Of a stretch of DNA of 64,000 bases, positions 40,301 to 53,676 are shown one piece after another. Origin of the DNA: Marsupella aquatica (lineage: Eukaryota > Plantae > Marchantiophyta); NCBI GenBank assembly GCA_973895155.1, contig OZ316897.1, positions 12,461,375 to 12,525,374 of the forward strand. The letters run 5' to 3'. Both the position numbers and the translations under genes were made by a program. Each line of letters starts with the position of its first letter. Position 1 is the stretch's first letter. A model generated the notes under the pieces. It was not told the DNA's origin, ran no database searches, and was given only the letters and a program-made list of their open reading frames with translations.

Positions 40301-43300
40301 GTTGGAAAATCTGAAGGCATGCATGACAGATTGACGGTTGATGCTGGAGCGAGAGGAGACGACGTTCTTGTAGACTCAAAGGGTGTCGTAAAGGAAGAGA
40401 AGGTGGATGCAGCACAATGTACTCCAAGGGGACATGTTGTAAACCTATTTCCCTATACTGTGGAGCTTGTTGTGGAAGGTTTAGCACAGGAAAGAGGGGT
40501 TAATTCTACTGGGAGCGCTCTGCTGCAAGGATCTCTTGGTTCTACGAGTGACATTTCTAATAAGATAACGGAGGCCTTTGGAAGGACTCGAGAAGCCTTG
40601 GAGAGGGCTTTGAATCAGAGCAATGACGATGCCTTTGGATGCAGCCTGGCAGTTGCACAGGAAATAGCCTCCATTTTTGTGAGCAGTACTCTATTGAAAT
40701 CGTGAGTTTTCCCAAAATACATGCATCCAGACTTGATGTAAATTATTATTTTTGTCACGCCATTTTCTGTTTGCTTCGAATATTGTACTCTGTATCATGT
40801 CTCTTCTAGTCTTGGTTGAACGGTATGGCATACTTCTAAGATAGTCCACTCTCATGCCAATGTCTGATAGCCTGATATTGGATGTCTCGATGTAGATTTG
40901 CCCATCTTTCTCTTATTGTTGAGCCTCTATGTATTGGCATTTTGGCCTCATCATGCGGGGATTGGTCATTGGTAAGGTTTGAGGGTGGGTTTGTGGCCAT
41001 TTTCTGATTGTCATGCCTCGGGAGCTGCAGCTGTCCCACTTCCATCAGTTGGCGTGGGCTATACGTTACCTGTACTGACGTGGTTCCCCGTCAACATTCA
41101 CCTACAGTAGACCTCCCTGAGCTTCTTATGAGAAGATCTGTGTCAAGCGATGAAATCTCCCAAACGTAGTCTACGTCCATGTCAACATCAACCTGTCTTT
41201 CCTACCTCTTCAGCCTTTCTAGCTAGCAAATATGTGATCCTTTTCCTTGTTCCTCATCTATATCGTTTTTACTTGCCTCAAATGGGGAATGACGTCACTG
41301 TCAATTACTTTGTGCAGACCTGACGGAAATCACCAGGCTCTTCGGAGGGTGAGTCTCAATCTTTGACTGTCAGGATGGGTTTGATCTCTGACATAGAATG
41401 ATATTAACATTCACTAATCCCAAAGTCCAAAACCCTGGTGTAGGACAAGACCGTTGTCCAGCGTAGCTTAAGACCAGTTAAGTGTTTCCATCAGCTCAAA
41501 TTTTGGGCAACGCTGGATTAAGCAAACTATGCAGCTGTCAGTCTCACGAACTTAGTCTCACTCAGGTCTTCCTTTTCACCGAATGATGACATTGGTATCC
41601 TATGGTCTTTCTTGGCCTTATAGATATATTAGACTATTAGGTTCGCGGTTGCACAATGGACAACGCAACCCACTGAACAAGGCTGGTGACTTCTCAATCT
41701 CTGAGTCGACGGCTGGGTAGAAGTTTAGAACAACGTGAATAGGCTTGGAAGGGGACTTGAATTGTCGCAGCTGGCCATACGCCCAACTTTGTTTGGATGA
41801 AGAGTGAAACACTGTTTTTCTTGTGTCCGGAATTGGCTGTGCATCTCAGGATCACCAGCTGACAAGTTTAGAGACCCACGTGAAGCTTCGTAAGTAACGA
41901 AATGGATCTGACTATAGTACAACCTGAACTCTGGTGGTTGCTTTTTCAGGGACCTGATGTGTATCTTCACGGCAAGCATTGTGGATTCGCATGCACTGTG
42001 GGATGATAAGAACACTTCTTCGTGCTTGGGTTCTGTTTGCAACTCCTTGCAGCTGCTCGTCGACATCGTGAAACAAGGTAGAACTCTTGTTTCTTCTATA
42101 CCTCCTAGCTTTGTGCAATTCATGAGCCTCCAGGCTTCTGTCGATTCTGTATATCCAGTGATGGAACGGGAAATGGGCCTCAGTTGTACCTCTTTAAGTG
42201 TCATTGATCGGAGTTTTCAATACTCAGTTGAATAATGTTGCACAAAATCTGAATCCTGCATGTTATAACGTGTTCTCAGTACTATTGCGTTACTTAAGTT
42301 AGGACCTTGATTGTTGTATGTCCTGTCACTGACTCTGCTTTGTGTTTCAGTGTTGGCTGACAAGGTATTTCAAAACATTCATACACCAGATGAAGCGGTT
42401 CTACTTTTTGCAGTCCAACTGCAAAAGTTTCTGATCCAAGGGTCAATTCAGCCAGTTTGTCAACGAATTGATGAGGGCTGTGCCGTGGAGCAATACTTTC
42501 ATTTCGCCACACCCAGTTCGAAACCGAGACTCAAAGCCTTGATCAGTGGAGGCAAGCTTCTTGCTGCTTTATGCAGGACAATTGGCAAGCTGGACATTTT
42601 GCGCAGCTCTATCTACCGTGTCCTCAGGTTTTGTGATATGGATAACGATTGCCTCCTTGCAATTATTTCCTCACTTGCCTGTGTGGAGTATGTGAGTCTC
42701 TTTTCAGTGGACAAAGATGACATGGTTGGCCAAGCCGTCCGAGTGGTCATTTCTGAACTTCTCCACGACACCGAAGTGGGAAGACCAGCAGAAACGATTT
42801 CAGCAAAGAAAGAAGAGATTGATTGTCAAATGGAAATGCAGCAGAGCTCATTTACGGAAGCAGAACAAAGTGCAGATTGCACCCTATTGTCTCAGAGTCT
42901 GAAAGCCCTTAGAGAAATGATCGGAGACGAGGAGGGCTTGAGTTTTGAAGGTTTTGTTCCAAGGCTGGTGGAGTTATTCCACCGGGTGATAACGACCACA
43001 CCCGGCTCACACCTCATAGGTAACCGACATCTTTTCCAGAGGAGCTTGCGGATGATAACATGTGGTAAGATAGAATCTAAGAGCATAATTGATGCCAACG
43101 GCCTAGACAAGACATGTAAAGCAAGAGATGTGACCTGCACTGGTAGTAATCAACCAGAAGCTCAAATTGGAGAGAAAGTTGATGGCAGAAGCCCTGTTGA
43201 GGGCAATTGCTGGCGAGATGTTACTGTCAACAGGTCAATTCAACCCTCGAGCTCATCAGAGGGTGATGCCAATCTCATAGAAGAATGGGAGCAAAACTTC

Positions 43301-44374
43301 TATGACATCACCAATGCTCTGGAGTTGGTGGCCAGTCATTTGGTCAGTTCACCTTATTTTGACCTCGTTTCAGCCTGTGACTCATCCCCTTGCGTGCTTG
43401 CTCATATTTATCGCTCTTACTCTTTGTTTAAGAAGAGCCCCCGCGTCTAAGCGTGATTGTCCCGTCATTCTGTGGTCGTCATATACGACATTTTCTTAAT
43501 GCCATAAGGAGAAGGGTTTGATGATCTCCGTTGCAAAATGTTGTTAGATTGTGACAACCGAGACAGCTTTGAACGCTTAAGTCTCGAGATGGCACCGTAG
43601 TTATTCAGGGTTTAGGGTGTTGTCCCAGGAGGCTGAGAATGGATTGGTATGTGATGCAGGGTTGGGAGTGGACTTACAATGACTTCATCGTGGAGCATCT
43701 GTGGAAGCTTGTTTCTCCTGGAGCACCGTCAATGACTGTAGCATGTGTAGCATACATGTTCGGTCTTCTTGGCCGGTAACATCTCCACCGAACCTATTGT
43801 CCTGGTGCTAGTGTTCATTGTGTAGAGAGCTCTTCAAATTCCGTAATGGAGTCGTTGATGGGAGTCCTGGGTACTCTTCCTAATCCTGCTGCTGTATGGC
43901 CAGATCCTTTCAGACCACAGACGTTTTTATCATATGCCATTTAGTCACTGTCAACTTTTGTGATTCTAATGTTCTAACGGTGGCATATATGATTGCAGTC
44001 TTGGGAGGGAGGTTGATGGCTCTGAGCTTCCAGGAGTGGATGAACTGCGGAAGAGCCTGTTGGTCGTTTTGAGTTTAGACCAATCGAGTCCCACGCTGAG
44101 TAGAGGTCCGATACATAATTTTTCATTCACGGCGCAAGTAGCTGCCGCACAAGCTTTGCTGGTGTTATCCAGTTCCAACAGGAAGGATGAACTCATTCCT
44201 AGAAAAGATTCAGAAAGAGTTTTCTCGAAAAGCAGTAAGCTCCATGCCAAATCTGTGAAATCGTTGTGGAACTGGGTTCAGGCTTCAAAACCGGAGATAC
44301 AGGAGATCTTACCTTCATCATTGCGATGTGCTTTGCTCTCAATCGACAAGAACAATTTTGTTCCTATTTTCTAG
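37366..44374 (+). CDS. MEE22: MEE22/EMB1611-like large protein: N-terminal coiled coil, long acidic disordered middle, conserved helical C-terminal domain
   Basis: Supported exons: 37366-37485, 38306-38429, 38613-40701, ~41951-42078, 42351-43342, 43660-43775, 43999-44374. Small exons at 40.8-41.8 kb are unresolved. RKKLRQAISMLKEK, LISGGKLLAALC, ALELVASHLGWEWTY, GLLGRLG..DG...GVDELR and AQVAAAQALL match MEE22-family blocks as recalled. Confidence 0.75.
38633..39052 (+). repeat. Coding tandem repeat, 4 x 105 bp (35 aa: RAESERNRAEEEKRLREQVEQEGHSTKEQLVRVLQ)
   Basis: Units start at 38633, 38738, 38843 and 38948 and are near-identical. Confidence 0.95.
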
Positions 44375-47300
44375 ACATTACAGACACAGTGCACCTCACC
44401 CAGGGTTCATTTTTTCTTTATTTGTACAGTAGAAAATTTAGCAGGCACCGCCATTTTACCATGTAAAGGTCCTATTCTTCTATTAGTGCAGGCAGGTACC
44501 TGGGAATCTCTCCAATCCCCAAGGAGATTCAACCCAAGCCAGATGTGGTGAGGTGAGCGGATGACCCAAAGCTGGGTCTATGGACAAGTCCTTTTATCGG
44601 GTACAGTTTCAGATGAAGCTGTAAAAGGGTTTGTCAGGCACGTGCTGACCTCACTGGAAGACATGCTTTTGTGTGTATAAGTCGCATCCAACTAGTCCGA
44701 ATAAAATTGGATTGTTCACTTCTTTCAGAGCACTTGCTTTCACTGTTGGAAAAGGTACATTCCCAGCTCCGGTGTCTTTGTGATAAACCAATCCCTTGAA
44801 GTCAAACCAGGTACAGTATAGGCTTAGGGGCTTGATAGTAACTATCACTATCAGGCTTTCAGTCAGAAACATAAACAAAATCTGGATAGTCACCTGTGAC
44901 TGCAGAGCATTTTATGTCCGCTATGTAAGCAAGACAACGCACGGCAACTAAGCAAGCATTGTCTGGCAATAGCAGACACTGTTGATCAAAATTATAACCC
45001 CATCAAGTTTTTGAAGATTTGTTCAGTTCTGATCTGCCTGGCCTTCTCAATGCCTTCACAAGGTACCAGTGAGGTTGCGAGTTCGAACTTGGAAGGCAAC
45101 TACTTATTCCACAAACCACCCACCTTTGGATATTCACCCGTATTGTCCTCTGGATTGATGTCCCACAAAACTCACTAGGTCTATCCAATTCATTAACATC
45201 TTCTAATCTGCTCTTCACAGTATCGGCGATTTACCTTTTTGTCAACATGATCACGTACAGGACAATGGTTATCTTCATCATTCCCACCTACAGTCAAAGG
45301 CACTCCTACGATGTTGTCGTGAAGCTATATCTCCAAGACCGAGAATGTGACCAGAATTGCTTATATTTATGAACTGAATGAAAGCACTTTTCCCTGTGAT
45401 GAGTTTGTTAGCATTCTATATCATCTGACCAAGAATGTGACCAGAAGTACATATACTTATTAGCTCAATGAAAGCGCGTTTTCCCTCTGATGAATGAATC
45501 AAATCACTAACGATCTCCTGACGTTGGCTGCTGAGGAATTTGGTTTCCACTATTTCAAAGAATAGGAGTGTTTTCTTACAAACCATGATAGATTCAAGAG
45601 TAGTACAAATTGGTTCAGCTCTCTCTGCAAGATTTGCAAGTGATATTAGGTTTTGCGAGCTTTCTTCATCAGAAACAATGTCAAATCCTGACGTGACGAT
45701 GTAATTCAATCTGTGTGCAGTACTGAACTGTTGTCCATGAGCTATAGATTGCACTGCGAATTCAAAGATAGGGGCTAATGATCAAGTTTTTGAATGGGAT
45801 ATATTCTCCGGTTACAATAAGTCAGTTGTTCTACACACATCCTTACAGCTATGTGTGTTATATACCCAGCCATAGTTTTAGATTCTAGCCTGATTACCCA
45901 TTCATTGAACATATATGCATATGAGGACAAAAAAACCTTGCAAATATTCTTGTTATATCATCTCCCCTCATTTTTAAAAATCCTTAATTGGGTCCATAAT
46001 CAGAGTTATGGGATGGACCAACTTTCGGTCACGGTCCAGGTTTGAGACCCCCTTAGGGTATAAGAGTCCAACCTGGAACACACACATAGTAGTAATTTGT
46101 AAAGGGGCATGAAAGACATTTCCAATTTTGGTCCAAGTTATTTTGTACTTTTTTAATCATTTACATTTGTGGACATTTAATACAACTGTGAAAAGAGGAG
46201 GTCATTATTCCTATAGTAGGTGTTAATGTGCTAGATGGGGAGTACCTAACACATTAAATGAGAGTTTTCTGTCAATGCAGCCCATGCAAAGACAGGAGAC
46301 TCACCTTGTAACTCTAAAAAGTGAGTTGCCTTAAAAGTAGGGCATGAAAAGGTTTTTTAGCCAAAACTCAGGGTGAACTAGCAAAATGAATATATTATTC
46401 TAAAGCAACAGCGCAATGGATTATATAGAGCCAACACAAGCTATGCTCTATAGTCTTTATTTCAGAGTAGAAGTCTCTTGGTGGAAACCTTAAGATGAAA
46501 ATCTGAAGTCTTTCAGCCATGTTGTTATGGGAGAGTGTGAAGTGTTTGCAACTTACAAATGGATGCCTATGAAGGTGCACTAGGAGTCCACCTTTCCGAA
46601 CAAACCAAGGATAATATGTGGATGAAGTATTTCAGTGGCTATTCAAGAAGCTTTTGACTGTCTGTTCTTTCGATATACAGTGAAGTAATGTAGTACGAAC
46701 GAGCTGGTTGAGACTCTGAGCTACCTAGGTACATCTTTCTCAATTATTTTGGTATCCTATTGATCGTCAATACAGTCGGGAATACAGTGCCATTCGATCC
46801 CCTAATCGAGTAACAGAAAAAGCCTGCGCCTTGGGTTGATTAATGTTCTAAAATTAGTAAAAACATCTCATAGATCTTAAGTGTGCTAATGCCTGCTAGC
46901 AGAGCATTATGGACCATAGCTCTCAAAACTCAAGCTAGAAGCCCTCATTTCCAGGTCATTATGGAGAATATTGCAGAATGATATTTGGACCCTCACAAAC
47001 TGAGCTCATTATACATACATTATTTGTACTCAAATAAACCCTAAACAATATAGCTAGGGGGTCCACCAACTAATAATTAAGTTACACCTCCTTCGGCTAT
47101 TTTTTTCATGGACCTCCCAAATGAAAAGTATTACTTGAAGGGACCGACCCTGGCATACCAACGTACATATACCTTCAATCAATGTACCCAAAAGCTCATG
47201 GGCCCAGGTGATTGCCCTTCAATCAATGTGCCCAAAAGCTCATGGGCCCAGGTGATTGGGGAGAAAAGCTTGGTTTGGGGTTCCAACAAGCAAATACCTC

Positions 47301-48834
47301 CACCTCCCTCAAATCAATCTAAAGCGAGGTACTTTACCAGACCTCTCTAAATGCCCAGATTGAACGGACCGTGGCGAGGTTTTTGCAGGTCAATACGGCA
47401 AACCTGTGCTGACTTATCGAGATCACAAAAGTCTGAGTAGTTGAGCTTTGAATGTCATCAATCGGATGGGTCTTCATTTTTGCAAATGCGTGCTCTGCTT
47501 GCCAGACAGGAAGTTTCACGTGCAGAAATTAAAAGCTCCCTTAAGGATGCTCAGCTCTAACACATTCGATGCATTTTCTGTGCAATTTAGGGTTTGGAGA
47601 CCCGCCTGGAGGGCCTTCAATTCGCGGTTTGCACTCAAGGACTCTAATCATGATGTACGTTTGTCTGTGTATTCAAATGTTAAAGCTGCGAAGTTTCTCT
47701 GTGGGTCATAATGGGCTCATTAGTTCGTCTTGTCTCGTGTTTCAGGCGAATTGTGAATATTGTGGGCAGCTGTTTTGTAATGTTTTCTACACCATCACCC
47801 ATCTCTCTAAGGGACTCATTGTTACTGTTAAGCTCTTCGGGGTCCCGTCTTCTTTGGTCTGCTGCAAATGAATCTACGCTCGTCTTCTTCTTTCTGCTTG
47901 GACTCTAATAATTCTGTTGAACGTTTGTCTTTGTATTCCAATGTTAGTGCAGCTTAGTTTCTCTGTCAGGCGAATTGCGCTCATTGTGGCCGCTTCTGTG
48001 ATGTTTTCTACACCATCTCTCTTGGGACAGAGTGTTACTACTAAGCTTTCCGGAGGTCCTTCTCTTCGTTTGTCTGCTGCAAGTGAATGTACGTTCGTCT
48101 ACGTTCTGTTTTGGCACGGACATTTCTCTTCCGCAATGAATTGCAATTTTCTCTTCCGAAACTGGTTTACTTTCGTCTTTTGCACACTGAAGTCATTCTA
48201 GTTCTGATTAAGATTCTGTCCTTGTTCACTGTCCGTGCTTTTCTTCTACAGGTTGGTTTCGGTGGGCCTAGTGCTTTGTGCTGGGAACACGAATACTAGG
48301 GGAGCCTGAAGGTTGGAGGGTTTCCTTGTCGGAAGCTCGATCTTAGATTTTGGGAGGGGTGGACATCAATCGGATGCCAGTGTCTCGATCATTGCTCGCG
48401 TTTAGGTGATACTGGTGCATTGTTTCTGTGGGCAATTTGGAACATCTACGGCACTTAAAGCTCACGAGGCGCCATGGCCAGATGACCTTTGATCACTCTA
48501 TTGGGGAGTTCACGATCTGCATTTAGCTGCTGGATACGAGTATGGGACCTTCGATCACTCTATCGGGGATTTCATCATATGCAAGTAGCTGCCGGATACG
48601 AGTACGTGCATGTAAGAGTTGAGCAGAGCGAGGCTTTCTGCGACGTCTTGGCGAGACATCTTAATGGGGTGCGTAAGCAGCTGTGGTCCTATCGGGATAA
48701 CGTTATTTTGAATACAATAAAATGTTCTACTCGTGGTAGAAGTATTGAGGATGAAAATGAGGTCTACATCAAATGTGATAATTTTGAGGCTTGATAACTG
48801 GATATGCTGATTGCTACGTGTCTTTCTGTTGCAG

Positions 48835-51476
48835 CGTTGATGGTAATCAACTATGTTCACTACTACCAGGATATGGAGTACCGGTGTGCGGCCCAAGCCT
48901 AGCACCTACACTCATCTTCGGACCTGTTGCTGCGATAGCATCTCCTGTTGAGGGGAAAAGTCACGTGGCCGCAATTGCTGGAGGTGTTGCTGGAGCTGTG
49001 GTTTTGATTGTTTTCACGGTAATTCTCGTTGCATGCTGTCTTTTCCGAGCTAAGAGTTGGCCGAGTGCCACCTCTGATACAGGATCATCCGACCCTTCAG
49101 CCCAAGGTATAACTAACATGCAGGTTGATTGCTTTATGGATATTTGAAAGCTGTTTGTCAGGATGTTTTCAGGTCGTGGCGACATGAACATAGTGCCGGG
49201 TGCCCTTGTATCTGATCGCGAAGTAGACATTCATAAACTGTGGATTTTCTCTGATGTTGTCTGTGCAGTTGATTGGGCCAAAGGGCCTGAAGCTCCCCCG
49301 GTTGGAGATAGGCCGGCTGTAGTACCTGAAACGCATATAGCGAAAGTCTTCTCTCTAGAAGAACTCGAGCATGCGACGAAGAATTTTTCAACAAACAATT
49401 TGATTGGAGAAGGCGGTTTTGGGATGGTTTACAAGGGTCTTGTTGAGGATGGAACTATAGTGGCTGTAAAGAGACGATTAGGGAGTGCCAGTCGAGATTT
49501 TGCAATGGAGGTTAGTAAGAAGTCTCATCTGTAGTGCAAGTGCTACTCTGCAAGGCTAGAACGTGTGTTCGAGGTTGAGTATTTGCATGGAAGTCTTTTT
49601 CCCGATCTTCTTGTCCATAGTGTATCTGCTTTTCTTGGTCCCAATCTTAAAATTTATCAAGCTGTAGCCCGGCAGTCAAGAACTGTTTTTTCAAGTGTGG
49701 GTAGTTTATTTTGCTTCCATGTGAAGCAATCTGCGATCAAAATGTGGTGGAGGTTATTTCCTATGACGAACATTTTCTCAAATCTCTTAAGTACGATATA
49801 TTTATTTGGATGTCATATTCCAGTGTATCATTCGGCTTTCAAGTGTATAAGCTAGATCTAATGTATTTCTTGCTCGCAGGTTGATGCTTTAGTTCAAATA
49901 CAGCACAGGAACCTCGTAAATGTACTGGGATTTTGCCAAGAAAACGATCAGCAGATGGTGGTTTACGACTATGTTCCAAATGGAAGTGTTTGTGGTCACC
50001 TCTATGGTATGTCCGTTAAAATACAAAAGAATCCTTTGACAATTATCTAATTCTCTTGATACTGGCTGAAGCTGTTGCTTGCAGGAAACGTCACATAGTT
50101 GCAGATTTTTTCTATGGTTTTTACTATAATTTCTGAGTCTTGGATATTTGGCTTTTGGCCTGGCAGACACTGATGGAGTTGCTGTTGGGGAGTTTGATTT
50201 CAAGCAGAGGTTATCAATAGCACTAGGCGCTGCTAAAGGTATCGTTATGGTGATGTTTATCATTTGCCTTGCTTGGTCTACATGCTACAGTTGATATATT
50301 ATGTGATCAGATTTGAACGTTTTGGAGCGTTCTTCAGGGAATCACGGTTGGCCAGTTGATGCGCCGCTGACTTTGTCCCGAACGGTGTTGTCTGATTAAA
50401 GAATTGAAGTTTCTGCAAGCCCTGATATCTTAACAGTGAGCTAATGATTATGATCGGAACATAATATATTTGCTACATTACGTCGCTTCGTCCGTCAATA
50501 TGCAACGGCAGCGGTGACATTAATCTGCCTTTCTGGTCGCAGGATTAGAGCACTTGCACACAATGACACCTTCACTGATCCATAGGGACTTTAAGACCAA
50601 CAACGTCTTGCTGGATGCAAGCCTAGTAGCTAAGGTGACAGATTTTGGACTATCTCGGCTTCTGTCAGAAGGTCGGGTTTTGGAAGAGGGGCCTGTTTTG
50701 GTGCCATCTTCAAGTGGAGATGGGACTGCAGGCTTTCTAGATCCAGAGTAAGGGTCTCCACCTTTTATCTCAATGTCCTTTCACGTTTCCCGTGTCTATA
50801 TCCTAGACATTTCTCTTGCCCAGATGTTGTCTGCATTGCCTAAGTAGATACTGGTAGCCCCATCTATTGGGGTTGGCTGTGAGTGTCTTCCTTATCTCTG
50901 TGTCTATATATTGTATAGATGGTCTTAGTACTGATCTCATGATTGTCGTGTCCAGGTACTACAAAACACAACAGCTGAGTCCAAAAAGTGATGTTTTCAG
51001 CTTTGGTGTGTTTTTGTTGGAACTCATCAGTGGCCGGGAGGCCATCTGCATGAATCGACCTCGCCCAGAGTGGAGCTTGGTAGAATGGGTACCCTCTTAT
51101 CTCCGTCCCCAAGCGATTGCTTTGTCTGAACGCCGGCAATTGGTCAGATTAGCATCACGATTAAATTTAGGATAATGGTGCATGGTATGAATCTGATTTG
51201 CGATTGTGAATGTGGTCGCAGGGGCGCTCGCTTTTGCAGGCAGCGAATTTGGGTTCTCTTGTGGACAGTACTCTAGGATCAAACTTTATGGAATCTGCTA
51301 TGCGAAAGGTGGTGGAGGTTGGTTTCAAGTGTGTGGAAGCAACAGGGCGGAAAAGACCGGAAATGACTGAAGTAGTTGCTGATCTTGAATTTGCACTTGA
51401 GATGGAGAGGGGGCTTACTACTGGCGGAGGTGATGGAACAGCCATAGTGACCCTTGGCAGCGAGCTTTTCACTTAA
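48835..51476 (+). CDS. Single-TM receptor-like Ser/Thr kinase (RLK/Pelle family); start codon and ectodomain unresolved
   Basis: Exons 48835-49106, 49269-49510, 49880-50006, 50167-50238, 50543-50747, 50956-51088, 51222-51476, with consistent phases. TM segment [24 protein letters not shown], juxtamembrane [62 protein letters not shown]. Confidence 0.9.
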
Positions 51477-52686
51477 AAATGGAAATTAAGGCATCCGATA
51501 TAGATAGTCAGTAGGTTAGTGAAGGTCAACAGCCTCCAATTTTTTGGAACCCAGAAGCTTAGTTCTTGGGTTCTTCCATAATTCCGTTCTGTCCACAATT
51601 GTTTTGATTCGACTCATTTGGTTTGGACAGTGTATAGATTGCTCTAACCCGTATAGATTGCTCTAACCCGTATAGGTTGCTCTAACCCTTCAATTGAACA
51701 TCCCTTGGTAAAAGGGATGTTCGGCAGTTGAGCCTGTGAAGATTACTTCTGTACCCAAGTGGTGTGCAGGTAAAGTCATATGAACAATATTCATTGCAGA
51801 CATCAGTTCATACCTGTAATAAAACATAGATGCCCTGGAAACAGGTCTGTCGGAACTTGGAAATTATGAGGCGCACCTTCTGACTAACTACAATTTGGAC
51901 ATATGAATATCGTATCATTGGCTGGTGCTGTTGTAAAACTGTGGGATCTCTCATTTGATCAAACGCGAAAAGAATCAGATATTGAAATGTGAAGACTTTA
52001 CCCCTAAGCTCGCTCGTTATGACAAGTCAAATTCAAGTTCGCCAATACCGTTAACACCACTTCAGCACGATTCGAGATCAATAAGGTGGGCCCAAATCTC
52101 ACCAAAATTCTATTTCAATTCCGCCCGTGCTTTGATAAGCTCGGAGTCTCTAATATGACGAATAGCATCTCTGTATATTTTAAGACCTTAAACTTATTAG
52201 TGTAACAGTGCTAAAGTACAATTGCACACTTCTCTGAAGTGCTACACAAGCGTAGCTGCCCTAAGACCGAGATATTTCAAATGCACCTGTAGAATTATCA
52301 GCCCCGCTTCATAAAAAGCCCGGTATAGGGATGAAAGTCTTCAGCAAGGATACAGCAAAATAATGCATTGGTCTTCGTGTTCAGGGGGCCGATCTGGACA
52401 GCAATTAATGACTACAGTAGTAGTGTTCCTGCGCTACTTGTTTTTCTCAGTTCTAAAACTAAAGAAATTAAAAGACAATGATATTGAGCTTGGATGAGAA
52501 GTTGACCAGTCAATTTGAGCTCAACCTGCGACTCAAGATGTCTTGTCTTGATCACTGGGGAGGTTTGTCATCTAAATAAGTGTGGCTTTGTTGAATTATT
52601 TCCTCTCGAGGAATCATGTCCAATCAAGTAGTTGGTCAGTCCACTTTAGGATAAATAATAAATTCATCATCTATGTACTGAAAAAT

Positions 52687-53470
52687 TGTAACTTAGAAAT
52701 GATTATCTGATTGACTCAGCTGAATATGAATCAAATAATAGAACCCTTGTGAGCGAATCAAGTCGGAAACCCCAACGAGAATTGCGACGAGAGCCTTCTG
52801 AACGATATGATCGAGGACTTATTGTTGAACGTACTTCTCTCTCGATCTCACGGGGCCATCGATCACATCATTCAGAAGGCGCTCTTTTATACTCTCGATC
52901 ACGATTTTTCAGACCATGTAGTTCTTGTGATCCGGTAGTGCATGTCATGATCGAAGTAGCCATTCGCCCTTGCTATTTCTGGGTGAAGTAGTCTCGAGTG
53001 GCGGATCTGAGCCAAGCCAAATGTGACCATATTGCTTACTTAGAGACTTTCTCTAGAATGCTTTATGTTTACCTTATCGAGCAAATCAAAGTGCGTTCTG
53101 TGTCAGATTCGGTGACTTTCTTACAGTGCGCGCGATGCTGAGCATGGTGATTTTGTGGACTACGGCATTGCGTGACCATGTGTATTGTGATTGTCACTCG
53201 ACAATCAGCGAGCCCGCGTCGTCCGCATTCTATCCGACTCCTCGTACTTGAGCAAGCTCACTCTCTCTCGACTCCATTCGTTTTCTTGCAGGGCTCCTTC
53301 GCGATTGAAGATCCAGAGATGGTGAGAGCCTCGACAAGGTGGTCTCAGAAGTGGATCTAGATTTAGTTATCAGCTCATGAACTTCTCATGAACTTCTCTG
53401 TACGTTGGTGATCGACCTGATCTGTACTAAGGACATAGGCCACACGAGAATCTCCAAGATCCCCATTACA
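52687..53470 (-). mobile_element. Probable solo LTR (~784 bp)
   Basis: Bounded by TGTAA...TTACA inverted termini. Minus-strand TATAAAA at ~52887-52893 fits a U3-R-U5 layout. Flanks AAAAT and ATAAC match only 3/5, so the target-site duplication is not clean. Confidence 0.45.
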
Positions 53471-53502
53471 ATAACCTTCAGACACCGGATTGAACCAGAA
53501 AA

Positions 53503-53676
53503 GACTTATCTTTGCTGAGTATTGTATTGTACAAAGACTCTCTATGTGTTGAGAAACGATCTCCACTGAGTGAAAACACTTATCTTTAGTGAGTATTGTA
53601 TTGTACAAAGACTCTCTATGTATTGAGAAAAGATCTCCACTGAGTATTGTAGTGTACAAAGACTCTCTATGTATTG
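53503..53676 (+). repeat. ~75-bp tandem repeat x2.5 (GAGTATTGTATTGTACAAAGACTCTCTATGT core)
   Basis: Directly visible. Confidence 0.85.

Noticed and set aside
45003-45754. Minus-strand ORFs (112 aa and 71 aa) as a gene or pseudogene
   Set aside because: No recognisable motif, non-ATG starts, and a 91-bp local duplication; cannot be supported without a search.
47465-47711. MGLHFCKCVLC ORF as an acylated N-terminus for the kinase
   Set aside because: No in-phase splice path to exon 48835 could be shown.
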